Positions 17,605 through 26,200 of a stretch of DNA of 38,809 bases are shown here, one piece after another (the stretch's first letter is position 1; the number at the start of each line of letters is the position of its first letter). A model generated the notes under the pieces. It ran no database searches. It worked only from the letters and a program-made list of their open reading frames with translations, and had not been told where the DNA came from. Source of the stretch: a virus (lineage: Duplodnaviria > Caudoviricetes); IMG/VR virus record IMGVR_UViG_3300033067_002286, positions 1 to 38,809 of that record; one strand, given 5' to 3'. Made by a program: the position numbers and the translations under genes.

Positions 17605-18324
17605 ATGAAAACACTTGCAGACTTGCTCGCTGAGCCATCAGTTGAGAACTGGAAAGAAATAGTCAAGTTTTGTACTCTTAGCGGCATATTAGGTTACAAA
17701 CCTGACGCTATCACTCAAGCTGGTGGGTGGCAAAAACAAATAGTCGAAGCGGTATTGAGATGGCCAAAAGAGATCCCCCGCGAATGCCCGCCGGAATGGC
17801 CGGAGGACTTCCGCCGCCAAGTCGAACACCGCGTACTGGAGACTGGGACTTACGGCCACTACATCCAAAAGATCTGCACAGACCCTCGACTGCGCCTAAG
17901 CGACGGTTCGCAAGCGGTTTGGCTTGAGCGGCGTTTTGTTGGTGGAGTTGTGCCAGGCAGCGTCGCACAGCGCGTTGTTGCGTTGCTATATGAAGCACGT
18001 CATGCACCTTCCGTACCCCTGACTATCCGAATGATGGCGGAAGCTGCGTCGATGCTATCTGGCGCGCTCCGGAACACCGGGAAGATAGGTACCGCAGACC
18101 TTACTGGCGGGTTGACTATTGAAACGCTCTCAGGTAAACGCCTTGAAATACGTCTGGAAATCGAGGTGAAAGTAGGAGACGGCAAGCAGCGCGAAGCGCA
18201 AGCAGCGCGTGAGCGCTCAGTATTGACACGCGGCGGCTGTTATGTATTGTGCAACACCGTGGAGAGTGCGATACAGCAGATACTGGAGTTTAAGAAGAAA
18301 GCTGAAGTTACCACCCAACCTTAG
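17605..18324 (+). CDS. VRR-NUC-like PD-(D/E)xK nuclease with N-terminal extension
   Basis: GTADLTG...IEVKV..GKQREAQ...GGCYVL. Confidence 0.75.
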   Translation: MKTLADLLAEPSVENWKEIVKFCTLSGILGYKPDAITQAGGWQKQIVEAVLRWPKEIPRECPPEWPEDFRRQVEHRVLETGTYGHYIQKICTDPRLRLSDGSQAVWLERRFVGGVVPGSVAQRVVALLYEARHAPSVPLTIRMMAEAASMLSGALRNTGKIGTADLTGGLTIETLSGKRLEIRLEIEVKVGDGKQREAQAARERSVLTRGGCYVLCNTVESAIQQILEFKKKAEVTTQP

Positions 18325-19261
18325 CGAGCTCCGCCTTGACTGAGTCAACGAAACGAGTGTCTACCGTATACGTGCGCTCAAATTGAGTCATTCCAATCCT
18401 CCTGCGCTCAATCACAGCAATTTGCGTGCCAGTCCGTCGCGGTACCTTCGAGTGCTGGCATGAAGCTTGAGTTCAGGTTACTCAAACCGCGTGCCGAGCT
18501 TTCAATGCGCAACTCACTACGCGATTAATGCGTAACTGAATTTCCAATATGCGTAACGCGCTACGCATTTACGCCGCTGCGCACAGCTTGCGTTCCGTTG
18601 CCATACTAATGCCAACAGCTACTACAGTAGCTACCTATATAGTCAATGCGCCTTTCGTGTAAAAAGAAATGGCAAGGAACTATATGTACGGCATTGCTGT
18701 TACTTTGTACCACTCAGTAAAGCCGTCCCAGCGCTGTTTGTGAATACATCAACTCACTTGTCATACCAATAGGTGGAATCCGTAGTATCGCTTCTTTATT
18801 TTTCTTAATTTTTGTTTCTTTTCCAAGATCTTTTAGAAATTAAAAAAGATCCACTAATTTCACTAAAAAATAAAGGGTATAAAAGAAGAATAGTGGTGGA
18901 ATCGATCGAAATAGAACTCCACCCGAATCCACTGTCTAGGATACCGCTGAACTTGACAAGTGTTTTCGATAGACGGAAGAGACGCCATCAAAAACAATGT
19001 CGGGCGCTGTACTGCAATTTATTTAAAGGTACTACTGTAATTCTACATTGCTTTACATTTCAGTATGTGTTTATGTACTGCGCTACTGGCAGTCGTACTA
19101 CACTGACATTGCTATACAAGTAGAAGTATTGCCTACGTTTAACCCCTTGATACGCACATTTCATGCTCCACTTGAAGCGATGTAGCATGACGCATTTAAA
19201 AGTAAGTGCCACTCTTACTGACAAGCGTTTCAGCTTTGCGCAGCTCGGGACCATCTGAAAC
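18325..19261. other. long non-coding region with AT-rich core (candidate origin or packaging/terminus region)
   Basis: About 940 bp with no convincing ORF; poly-A/T tracts at about 18790-18890 in an otherwise GC-rich genome. Confidence 0.55.
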
Positions 19262-19747
19262 ATGGCTGACACTCCTGCTCAGATCGTCCTTCGGGATTCC
19301 GAACGCGCGACCGTGCTCCTTCACTATTTCCGCGGCTTTGACCCTGGCACCACGTACCGGTCCCTTTGGCCATCCCGAAGCGCTCCTTTCGGCTATCAGG
19401 AGTTCATCCGTCTATACGTCGAAGAGGTAATTGCCTATCATGCGCCAGCTGGCGCTGAACGCCGGAGCGCGCTCGATGAGGACGGCAAGACCGCCATCGA
19501 GCAGCTCCGCAAAGTGCGTGACTTGTGTTTAAAGGCCATTGAGCAGTGCTGCAACGAACCGCTCGAAGAAATAGCGGAGGGCAAGTACATCGATCGCATG
19601 CCGAGCGTTGCGCCGTTAGTCAAAGCTCACAGCGCCACGATAGCGCAAATTGCTAAGTTGCGCCGTGGGCAGTTGGAGGAAGCAGCGGCGCTGCACAGCT
19701 TAATGACTAGCAATGCCGATCGTGATGGCAGCGCACTTGACGAATGA
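19262..19747 (+). CDS. hypothetical helical protein (candidate terminase small subunit)
   Basis: 161 aa; preceded by GACCATC-N6-ATG; adjacent to the long non-coding region. Function is inference only. Confidence 0.5.
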   Translation: MADTPAQIVLRDSERATVLLHYFRGFDPGTTYRSLWPSRSAPFGYQEFIRLYVEEVIAYHAPAGAERRSALDEDGKTAIEQLRKVRDLCLKAIEQCCNEPLEEIAEGKYIDRMPSVAPLVKAHSATIAQIAKLRRGQLEEAAALHSLMTSNADRDGSALDE

Positions 19748-19790
19748 CTTGCAGAGCGTTACGCTAGTTCCATAATTGATAGGAGCTAGC

Positions 19791-20168
19791 ATGCTGAGTA
19801 AAGAATCTCCAGCTACGGGTCCGGCCTCTGGTGATTGTGATATTGTTGCCCTCGTAGGGCATCAACGTCTTGATGTTCGGGTTAAAACTTCCACCGTGCA
19901 TCCTAAAGCCTCTACGCCCATTCGTGGTGCCATGATTACAATGGCTCCAATGACTGAAGCTTGTCCTTCGGGTGAGCCATTTGCTCCCCGTGATAAGCGC
20001 GGGCCTGTAATTGGTATTCATTTTGCTAATTACGGAGCCATGCACAGCTTCCAACGGGCGTTGATCGCTGTGCAACACCAGCTCCTATGGCAGGCAGTGC
20101 GCAGAGCCGAGGAACGGCTGCAAATTGGCTTAGCGATGAAAGCAGCACGACTGTCGGTGCAATCGTGA
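19791..20168 (+). CDS. hypothetical protein, possible PD-(D/E)xK-fold
   Basis: AGGAG RBS; GDCDIV...LDVRVKT pattern. Confidence 0.45.
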   Translation: MLSKESPATGPASGDCDIVALVGHQRLDVRVKTSTVHPKASTPIRGAMITMAPMTEACPSGEPFAPRDKRGPVIGIHFANYGAMHSFQRALIAVQHQLLWQAVRRAEERLQIGLAMKAARLSVQS

Positions 20169-21136
20169 GCGCTTTTGTTCTCAAACCAATTCCGCCCAAG
20201 CCGCGGATTCCTGGCGTGCGCGCTATTTGGTACGGTTCGCCGGGAAGCTGGAAAACTTCGACGCTGGCACATGCGGACCGTGCGCTGTGGCTTGATTTTC
20301 ATGGCTCGACAAGCGTGCTCTCGGTACAGCCCGCTGTTGCATGGGACCCGGCTGTGCTTGGTGCCCGGCCACCTCTGTACGTAGACCTCGTTGATACGCT
20401 CCGAGCGCTCGTTCCGCTCAAGGCGGACTATGACACTGTGATCATAGACGGACTCGACGACATCGAGCGGCTATACCTCGTTCCTGAGGCGTTGCGGCTG
20501 AGTGATAAAAAGTCGCTCAGCGACGACTTTTGGAGCCCGGCGCGCGTGCTGCTGCAGCTGCATCGGGCTATTCTGCTGGAATTCGAAAAGGTCTGGCAGG
20601 CGGGTTTTAACGTCCACTTCACTTGCCATGACCAACTGCTTGAGCGCAAGAATCCCGACGGATTCGATTTTCAAGCAATCGATCTGGCGTTGTTCTATTT
20701 GTCGGGCAAAGTCGGCAATGCAAACTGCCCGGCTGTATGGCGCGATTGGGTAGACTGGTGTATCTATCTTACAACTTCTGGCCGCATCGTCAAACGCGGC
20801 GAGAAGGACAAGATCGGTAAAGCTGTAGGCGACCCCGATAAGCATGTCGCCTATTTCGCTGGCGAGGCATGGCTCGATAGCGCCAAAGGCCGGCGCTTGG
20901 AAGAGCTACGCTCGCCGATGACGCTTGAGTCTAGCGCTCAGCTGTGGTCCACTGTAATGGAGTGCTGGCGGCGCGCTTACGCATTCGATCCAGAAGAGCT
21001 GCGCACCGAAGCTATGCGTCTGACTGAGGCGCTCATTGCACGCGGCGGCACTAAGAATCCTGACAAGGCGCGTGCGGCAGTGACAGATGCCGCCGATGTG
21101 CCTTCTCTTTTGGCCATCATAAACCGGCTGCGCTAA
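20165..21136 (+). CDS. AAA_24/Sak4-like ATPase (single-strand annealing recombinase)
   Basis: YGSPGSWKTS, YDTVIIDGLD, FTCH and WVD motifs; directly upstream of an SSB-like gene. Confidence 0.8.
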   Translation: MSAFVLKPIPPKPRIPGVRAIWYGSPGSWKTSTLAHADRALWLDFHGSTSVLSVQPAVAWDPAVLGARPPLYVDLVDTLRALVPLKADYDTVIIDGLDDIERLYLVPEALRLSDKKSLSDDFWSPARVLLQLHRAILLEFEKVWQAGFNVHFTCHDQLLERKNPDGFDFQAIDLALFYLSGKVGNANCPAVWRDWVDWCIYLTTSGRIVKRGEKDKIGKAVGDPDKHVAYFAGEAWLDSAKGRRLEELRSPMTLESSAQLWSTVMECWRRAYAFDPEELRTEAMRLTEALIARGGTKNPDKARAAVTDAADVPSLLAIINRLR

Positions 21137-21161
21137 GCGGCCTTACCTAGGAGCTGCAAAG

Positions 21162-21668
21162 ATGTTGTTCAGTGGCGATGCCATTAAGGCAAAAGGTGTA
21201 CCTGGTTCGCTGATGACCGAGCGCAAGGAGAAAACTGGGCGCGTGAGTGTATCGGCACAGTTCAAGATGGAGCCCGGCGAGACGGCGTACGACGAAGATG
21301 GGCGCGAAATTAACGTCGGCGGGCAGGTGCTGACCTGGTACAGCACTATCACCGACAAGTCGCGCGCTCGCACTATCGAGTCTATGGTTCTTGCCGGACT
21401 GCCAGAGAATGTCGCGGAGAAGATGATCATTATGGCCGAGGCCGGCAAGTGCGGCAAGACTTCGCTTCCGCAGTTCGGTACTCAGATTGTGGCGCTCAAG
21501 TGCAAGATCGATGACTATGACGGCAAAGAGCGCACCAAGGTCGAATGGGTCAATTCGCCGTCCGGCCTCTACGGCAAGCGCGCACAGGCCGAAGAGCTCG
21601 ACTTTGGCGACATCGCGCCGAGCAGCGCTCCGACGCGGTCGCGCGATGCCGATGATCCGTACGCGTAA
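21162..21668 (+). CDS. single-stranded DNA-binding protein-like
   Basis: Follows the Sak4-like gene; YDGKERTKVEWVN and an acidic aromatic tail DADDPYA. Confidence 0.65.
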   Translation: MLFSGDAIKAKGVPGSLMTERKEKTGRVSVSAQFKMEPGETAYDEDGREINVGGQVLTWYSTITDKSRARTIESMVLAGLPENVAEKMIIMAEAGKCGKTSLPQFGTQIVALKCKIDDYDGKERTKVEWVNSPSGLYGKRAQAEELDFGDIAPSSAPTRSRDADDPYA

Positions 21669-21678
21669 CTTGAACGAG

Positions 21679-21859
21679 TCCGGGAGAACGTCTGGCCTTG
21701 CGAATGGACGCTATAAGGTGAGGTAGTAGCCACCTAATGACGTGACAGGCGGAGAGACGCAAGTTGTGATCTGCGCGGTGAGCCATGGCGTCCCATAGCA
21801 GCGACCGACAGAGCCAGCTAAGCCGTGAGACAGGCATCCGGGCCGACGGACAAATCGGC
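21679..21859 (+). ncRNA. candidate structured RNA upstream of tRNA
   Basis: Several hairpins (CGTCT/GGACG, AGGTG/CACCT, GCCGA/TCGGC), with two TCCGGG copies that could close a multibranch fold; no ORF. Confidence 0.35.
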
Positions 21860-21863
21860 GTTT

Positions 21864-21936
21864 GCTGGGTTAGCTCAGTTGGTAGAGCAGCTGCCTTGTA
21901 AGCAGCAGGTCAGGTGTTCGAATCGCCTACCCAGCA
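21864..21936 (+). tRNA. trnT: tRNA-Thr (anticodon UGU), CCA not encoded
   Basis: Full cloverleaf: GCTGGGT/ACCCAGC acceptor stem, GCTC/GAGC D-stem, GCTGC-CT TGT AA-GCAGC anticodon arm, TTCGAAT T-loop. Confidence 0.95.
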
Positions 21937-21981
21937 TCGGCGCAAGCCGTGTTGACAACAAATAACAAGGAGAACGTTACC

Positions 21982-22245
21982 ATGGGTGTCAAGATTGGAC
22001 AGCAGCCTGTTGAGATTTTCGGTGAGGACGCGACCAAGGCGATCGCGGCGGCGATGAAGAACAAGACCGGCAAGGCGATCGACGTGGCGACGATCAAGAT
22101 CGAGCTCGATCCGGAGCTGAAGATCACCGCGCTGGCCGAGGCCACCAAGCCGCCCAAGAAGCCCGCCAAGAAGCCTGCGCCGACCGCCCAGAAGAACGGT
22201 GCTGGCAACGCGTCGCCCAAGTCGCCCTTCGCGCAGAACAGCTAA
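21982..22245 (+). CDS. small Lys/Ala/Pro-rich protein, likely highly expressed
   Basis: AAGGAG RBS; extreme G/C-ending codon bias; KPPKKPAKKPA tail. Confidence 0.7.
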   Translation: MGVKIGQQPVEIFGEDATKAIAAAMKNKTGKAIDVATIKIELDPELKITALAEATKPPKKPAKKPAPTAQKNGAGNASPKSPFAQNS

Positions 22246-22316
22246 GCAGCTCCGCTGGCCACGCAGCAACGCTGTGAGGTAAGATCGAGCCATCGACGCC
22301 AGCGCTTAAGGACTCC

Positions 22317-22916
22317 ATGGAAAAGAAACATCAGGGCTACCACGGAGCTTGGAACGATAACAACGCGCGTTCCGAGCGAGTGGCCGATGACTTGTACCCG
22401 ACGCCAGCTGAAGCGACGCAATGCTTGCTACGACGCGTGAAATTCAACGGCGCTATTTGGGAGTGCGCGGCTGGCTTGGGTCACATCAGCTGGGAACTCA
22501 AGCAAGCTGGTTACGAGTACATAAGCACAGATCTGTGCGCGGCGCAATACAAACACGGCGAAACGCTTGATTTTCTGCAGGCAGACAAAGCGCTTGCACC
22601 AAATATCGTAACCAATCCGCCGTACAAGCTGCTACGCAAGTTCATTCGTAAAGCGCTTACGCTGCCCGGCATTGATACTGTAGCGTTCTTCATTCCGTAT
22701 CCGGCTATCGCGTATGTCGGTATTCACAAGCTATTTGAAGAACTCGGCCACCCAACGCTTATTCTTGCTATGGTGCCGAACTTCACTATCTGGATGGGTG
22801 CGGAGCGCGGCTGGCAACAGTCATTCTTTAAGCACTGTTGGCTTGTGTGGGATCGTAGCGAACCGAAGCGTTCTAGTAGTTTATTTGAGCTGCGTGATTG
22901 GCGTGTAGTAAAATAG
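22317..22916 (+). CDS. phage DNA amino-methyltransferase (m6A/m4C type)
   Basis: DLYPTP, WECAAGLGHI (SAM-binding) and IVTNPPY catalytic motif. Confidence 0.85.
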   Translation: MEKKHQGYHGAWNDNNARSERVADDLYPTPAEATQCLLRRVKFNGAIWECAAGLGHISWELKQAGYEYISTDLCAAQYKHGETLDFLQADKALAPNIVTNPPYKLLRKFIRKALTLPGIDTVAFFIPYPAIAYVGIHKLFEELGHPTLILAMVPNFTIWMGAERGWQQSFFKHCWLVWDRSEPKRSSSLFELRDWRVVK

Positions 22917-22930
22917 CCGTAGGAGACACG

Positions 22931-23317
22931 ATGTACTTAGCACTTCTTTTGTCACCGGAATCCGAAGCTGAGCTACGGCGTCATGCATTAGACGCGCCAG
23001 CTAACTTGCACTTGACGGTTATCCATAGCAAAGAAACACGCGAGTTGGCACTTCCTTTGCCTTCCGTGACACTTCCAATTATCGGTCAAGGGGTAAGTAC
23101 CGATTCTTTTGGCCCGCCCACAAAGCGCGTGAAGGTGCTTAAAATCAATAGTGACCCTTTTTGGGAGCTGCGCCGCCAAGCCGAGGCGATTCTGCATAAG
23201 CGCTACATTCCGTGGTCTACACAATGGAACTTCTCACCACACCTGACACTAGGTAAAGGTGGGTACAGCGGCAGCCTTCCTGTTGCACTTACCTTCGACC
23301 GGCTGGAATGGCGATGA
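22931..23317 (+). CDS. 2H phosphoesterase, Acb1 (T4 57B)-like
   Basis: Two HxT motifs, LHLTVIHS and PHLTL; AGGAG RBS; 128 aa. Confidence 0.75.
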   Translation: MYLALLLSPESEAELRRHALDAPANLHLTVIHSKETRELALPLPSVTLPIIGQGVSTDSFGPPTKRVKVLKINSDPFWELRRQAEAILHKRYIPWSTQWNFSPHLTLGKGGYSGSLPVALTFDRLEWR

Positions 23318-23781
23318 ACAAGCGCCGTGACATACTTCGCATAAGCGACCGAATAGAAGTTACAAACCCGATCGTTGTTGTACGCGTGGGCTACCCCAAA
23401 TGCCACGCGGACTATGTAGAAGAGGTCAAAATAAAGCACAAAGCAGCTGTAGAGGCCCTATTTCGCACGCCACGAATGCAGAAGCGTGCTTACGTCAACT
23501 TAGCTTATGAAGCACTTGGTGCTGCAGGCTTTGGCGGTATTGAACGAACTGTTCATGTTCGAGACATGCCAGAGCTACAAGGCTACCAAGCGACTGTTCA
23601 AAGTGCTAGAACAGTTGTTACCGGCAAGTATTATCCTTCGAGCACGTATCAGCATTACGACGGTGACTACGATTATGAACCTGGTGGTTTATCAGATTGC
23701 GTGTACATTCGGTTGGTTTCAGTCATTTACGACGGGCACACCGTAGAGTTGCTAGCGTCCAACTGTCGTCGAGTGCCTTGA
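23314..23781 (+). CDS. hypothetical phage protein
   Basis: ATGA overlap; VVRVGYP and YDYEPGGL motifs. Confidence 0.65.
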   Translation: MNKRRDILRISDRIEVTNPIVVVRVGYPKCHADYVEEVKIKHKAAVEALFRTPRMQKRAYVNLAYEALGAAGFGGIERTVHVRDMPELQGYQATVQSARTVVTGKYYPSSTYQHYDGDYDYEPGGLSDCVYIRLVSVIYDGHTVELLASNCRRVP

Positions 23782-26145
23782 ATGGGTCATCAGCTTAGTT
23801 TTCTATCATCGCTGAGCCCCGATGAGCCGCTGCTATCATATGTAGTACTGCGCAGTGACGAGCGCTGGAGCGCTGCTCTTCAAGAGCTAGACACAGTCGG
23901 CTGGGTATCGCTGGATACCGAGTTCTGGCAAGACTCAGATTTGCTGCGCGCTGCCAAGCTGTCTGGACGCGATCTGCCGAAACCACCAGATTGGGACCCA
24001 TGGAGCTGTCGTCTAAGATTGCTTCAAATAGGTCTGCCGTCCGGACTGGTCATTGTCGCCGACTTCGGCCTTGAAAAGCTTCCTATCAACGCGCGCTGGG
24101 ATGAATCGACGCCGAATGCGGACTTGCTCGCTATTCTACAGCGCGTGCTCTGCAGTTACGAAGTGCCGGTATTTGGTCAAGCGCTGGGTACTGAAGCGCT
24201 CATACTGCGGCGGCATTTCGGGCTCAGCATTCGACGGCCACGCGATACGATGCTTGCGTCTCAAGTCATCTGGGCCGGCGTCGGTAGCAAAGAATGGGTG
24301 TGGACTGACCACGGCCGCGTAAAGCGCGATCGGATGCGTCACACTTTGCAGGCTATTGGCGCGCGTGTCGGTATCGAGTTCGACAAAACCGAGCAAAGCA
24401 GCGACTGGAGCTCACCGAAGCTAAGCAATAAACAAATAAACTACGCCGCAAAGGATGTACACCGCGACACACTAGTTGAAACATGGTCACGCTTGGCGAA
24501 GCTGGCCAAAAAAGACGGCGTATGGGAATCGGTCCTTATCGAATGTGACGCAGCGCCGGCATTCTGGGAGATAGAATGGCGCGGCATGTCGTTCGATCAA
24601 GCCGCAACGCAAAAGCTCGCCGATGACTATGGCCGTGTTGCTGATCAGTGTTTTGCTCAGCTCGCGTCAGTATTACCGCCGGGCACAATACTCGAAGGCC
24701 CAGGCAGTGCTGCAAGTCTTCCTTTGGCCCTCACCAAATATATAAACCCAGACGGCGATGTGACTTGGTGGCGCAAAGGTGCGGAAGTTGCAGCACTGTC
24801 GTCTATGACTACGAATCAAGCGTGGGCAAAGGGCTATTCGGAAGAGCGCGTCTGCTTCTATCGCTGGGAACAGACGATACAGAAACGCAAGACTGTACGT
24901 GAGGGTTGGCTACTCACTCCGGAAGAGGCTGAGCAACAGCGCTTCAAGTTAGTTCCGCAGACTGGCGAGGCTGAGCTATCGCCCTTCGACACCGATCCTG
25001 CAGTCGTGGCGCTGCTTGAAGCGCGTTCAGCGCGCAGTGTTGAAGGAGTTCTGCGCAAGCGCATCAAGAACTCATGGCCGGACCCAGAAATGCCCGCGCG
25101 CGTAGCTGCTCGCTGCCGTTATTGGCAGATAAGCGGCGGCGAGGATGACGCAGGCGCTGGTATGGGGCGCTCCAGCAGTAGCAAACCCTTTAACGCGCAG
25201 AATCTGACGGCATGGCCGCTTGGCGAGAAGCGCCACAAAGAACTCAAGCTTCCGAATGCGCGCAGTACAGCCCGGCCACCAGTCGGCCGCGGTATGGGTG
25301 TAGGAGACTTTTCTCAAGCGCACCTGCGATTCGCTACTGAGATGTCGCAAGATGCTGGCATGTTGGAGGACTTCAATGCCGGACGTGATGCGCATATCCG
25401 CCTTGCCTGCGAAATAGCAAAAGCTCAAGGCGTCGAAGCGGATTTCTACGAGTGGTGCCGCATTTATCAGAGCGGCGACAAAGCGCATCCGGTATTCGGT
25501 ACTATAAAGGAGAAACGCCAGCCAGCCAAAGTAGGTAACTATACATGCGTATGCCTCGGCGGTGTTGCAACTATGGCTATGTCTGCAGCGACAGCGGTTG
25601 AGCCCATACACCTACCGGACGAGATCTGGGAACTGACACGCAAGGCTTGGCGCGAGACGAACCACGAGCTGTACGCGTTTATTAAGGGCCAAGTCAAGAA
25701 AGCCGATCGCAGCAATCACGAATTTGGCGAATACGGCGTTTACGGCGAAGTGTGGAACTGTACTCACAATCGCCGGTTGTTCTTACTCAAGGAATGGAAC
25801 GTCCCGCAGTGGGAAGACGCCGTCGGGCGCTGGTCTGTTCGTGGCACTGACACCAGCGCCGCTATGTGGCAAATGTCAGAGGCTAATGCACTCAAGATCG
25901 CTTTGGCCCTCTTTCTGAAGGACTGTGACGATCATCCTGAATGGGAAGCGTTTCCCATCAACGCCGTACACGATGAGATAGACTTCGAATTCAAGTGGAA
26001 TATTCAGTATGAGGCCGAAGTAGCGTGGTCGGTTTATGATGCTATGGGCGAAGGTATGCGCCGCGCTGGTATTAAGTCCTTGCCAGTGCGTGCGCCGGAT
26101 GATACGCCGCAGAAACTCTTAGTGCAGAGTTGGGCAGACAAATAA
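23782..26145 (+). CDS. family A DNA polymerase with 3'-5' exonuclease, divergent active site
   Basis: Exo motifs LDTE, DTMLA and YAAKD; pol motifs GRSSS..NAQN, DFSQAHLR, RQPAKVGNY and VHDEI. Confidence 0.92.
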   Translation: MGHQLSFLSSLSPDEPLLSYVVLRSDERWSAALQELDTVGWVSLDTEFWQDSDLLRAAKLSGRDLPKPPDWDPWSCRLRLLQIGLPSGLVIVADFGLEKLPINARWDESTPNADLLAILQRVLCSYEVPVFGQALGTEALILRRHFGLSIRRPRDTMLASQVIWAGVGSKEWVWTDHGRVKRDRMRHTLQAIGARVGIEFDKTEQSSDWSSPKLSNKQINYAAKDVHRDTLVETWSRLAKLAKKDGVWESVLIECDAAPAFWEIEWRGMSFDQAATQKLADDYGRVADQCFAQLASVLPPGTILEGPGSAASLPLALTKYINPDGDVTWWRKGAEVAALSSMTTNQAWAKGYSEERVCFYRWEQTIQKRKTVREGWLLTPEEAEQQRFKLVPQTGEAELSPFDTDPAVVALLEARSARSVEGVLRKRIKNSWPDPEMPARVAARCRYWQISGGEDDAGAGMGRSSSSKPFNAQNLTAWPLGEKRHKELKLPNARSTARPPVGRGMGVGDFSQAHLRFATEMSQDAGMLEDFNAGRDAHIRLACEIAKAQGVEADFYEWCRIYQSGDKAHPVFGTIKEKRQPAKVGNYTCVCLGGVATMAMSAATAVEPIHLPDEIWELTRKAWRETNHELYAFIKGQVKKADRSNHEFGEYGVYGEVWNCTHNRRLFLLKEWNVPQWEDAVGRWSVRGTDTSAAMWQMSEANALKIALALFLKDCDDHPEWEAFPINAVHDEIDFEFKWNIQYEAEVAWSVYDAMGEGMRRAGIKSLPVRAPDDTPQKLLVQSWADK

Positions 26146-26146
26146 G

Positions 26147-26175
26147 TTGACATCTGTACTCGGCGGTGTTATGCT
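26147..26175 (+). promoter_or_regulatory. sigma70-type promoter
   Basis: TTGACA-17-TATGCT with CGGTGT context; AGGAG RBS and ATG at 26201. Confidence 0.75.
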
Positions 26176-26200
26176 GGGTTGTCAATTAATAGGAGCCGTC

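Noticed and set aside
18812-19123. 103-aa ORF in the AT-rich region
   Set aside because: TTG start, no RBS, and composition driven by A/T tracts.
21864-21936. tRNA-Tyr(GUA), or tRNA as a prophage attachment site
   Set aside because: The stem register puts TGT at positions 34-36 (Thr) with a short variable loop; no duplicated 3' end or integrase was seen.
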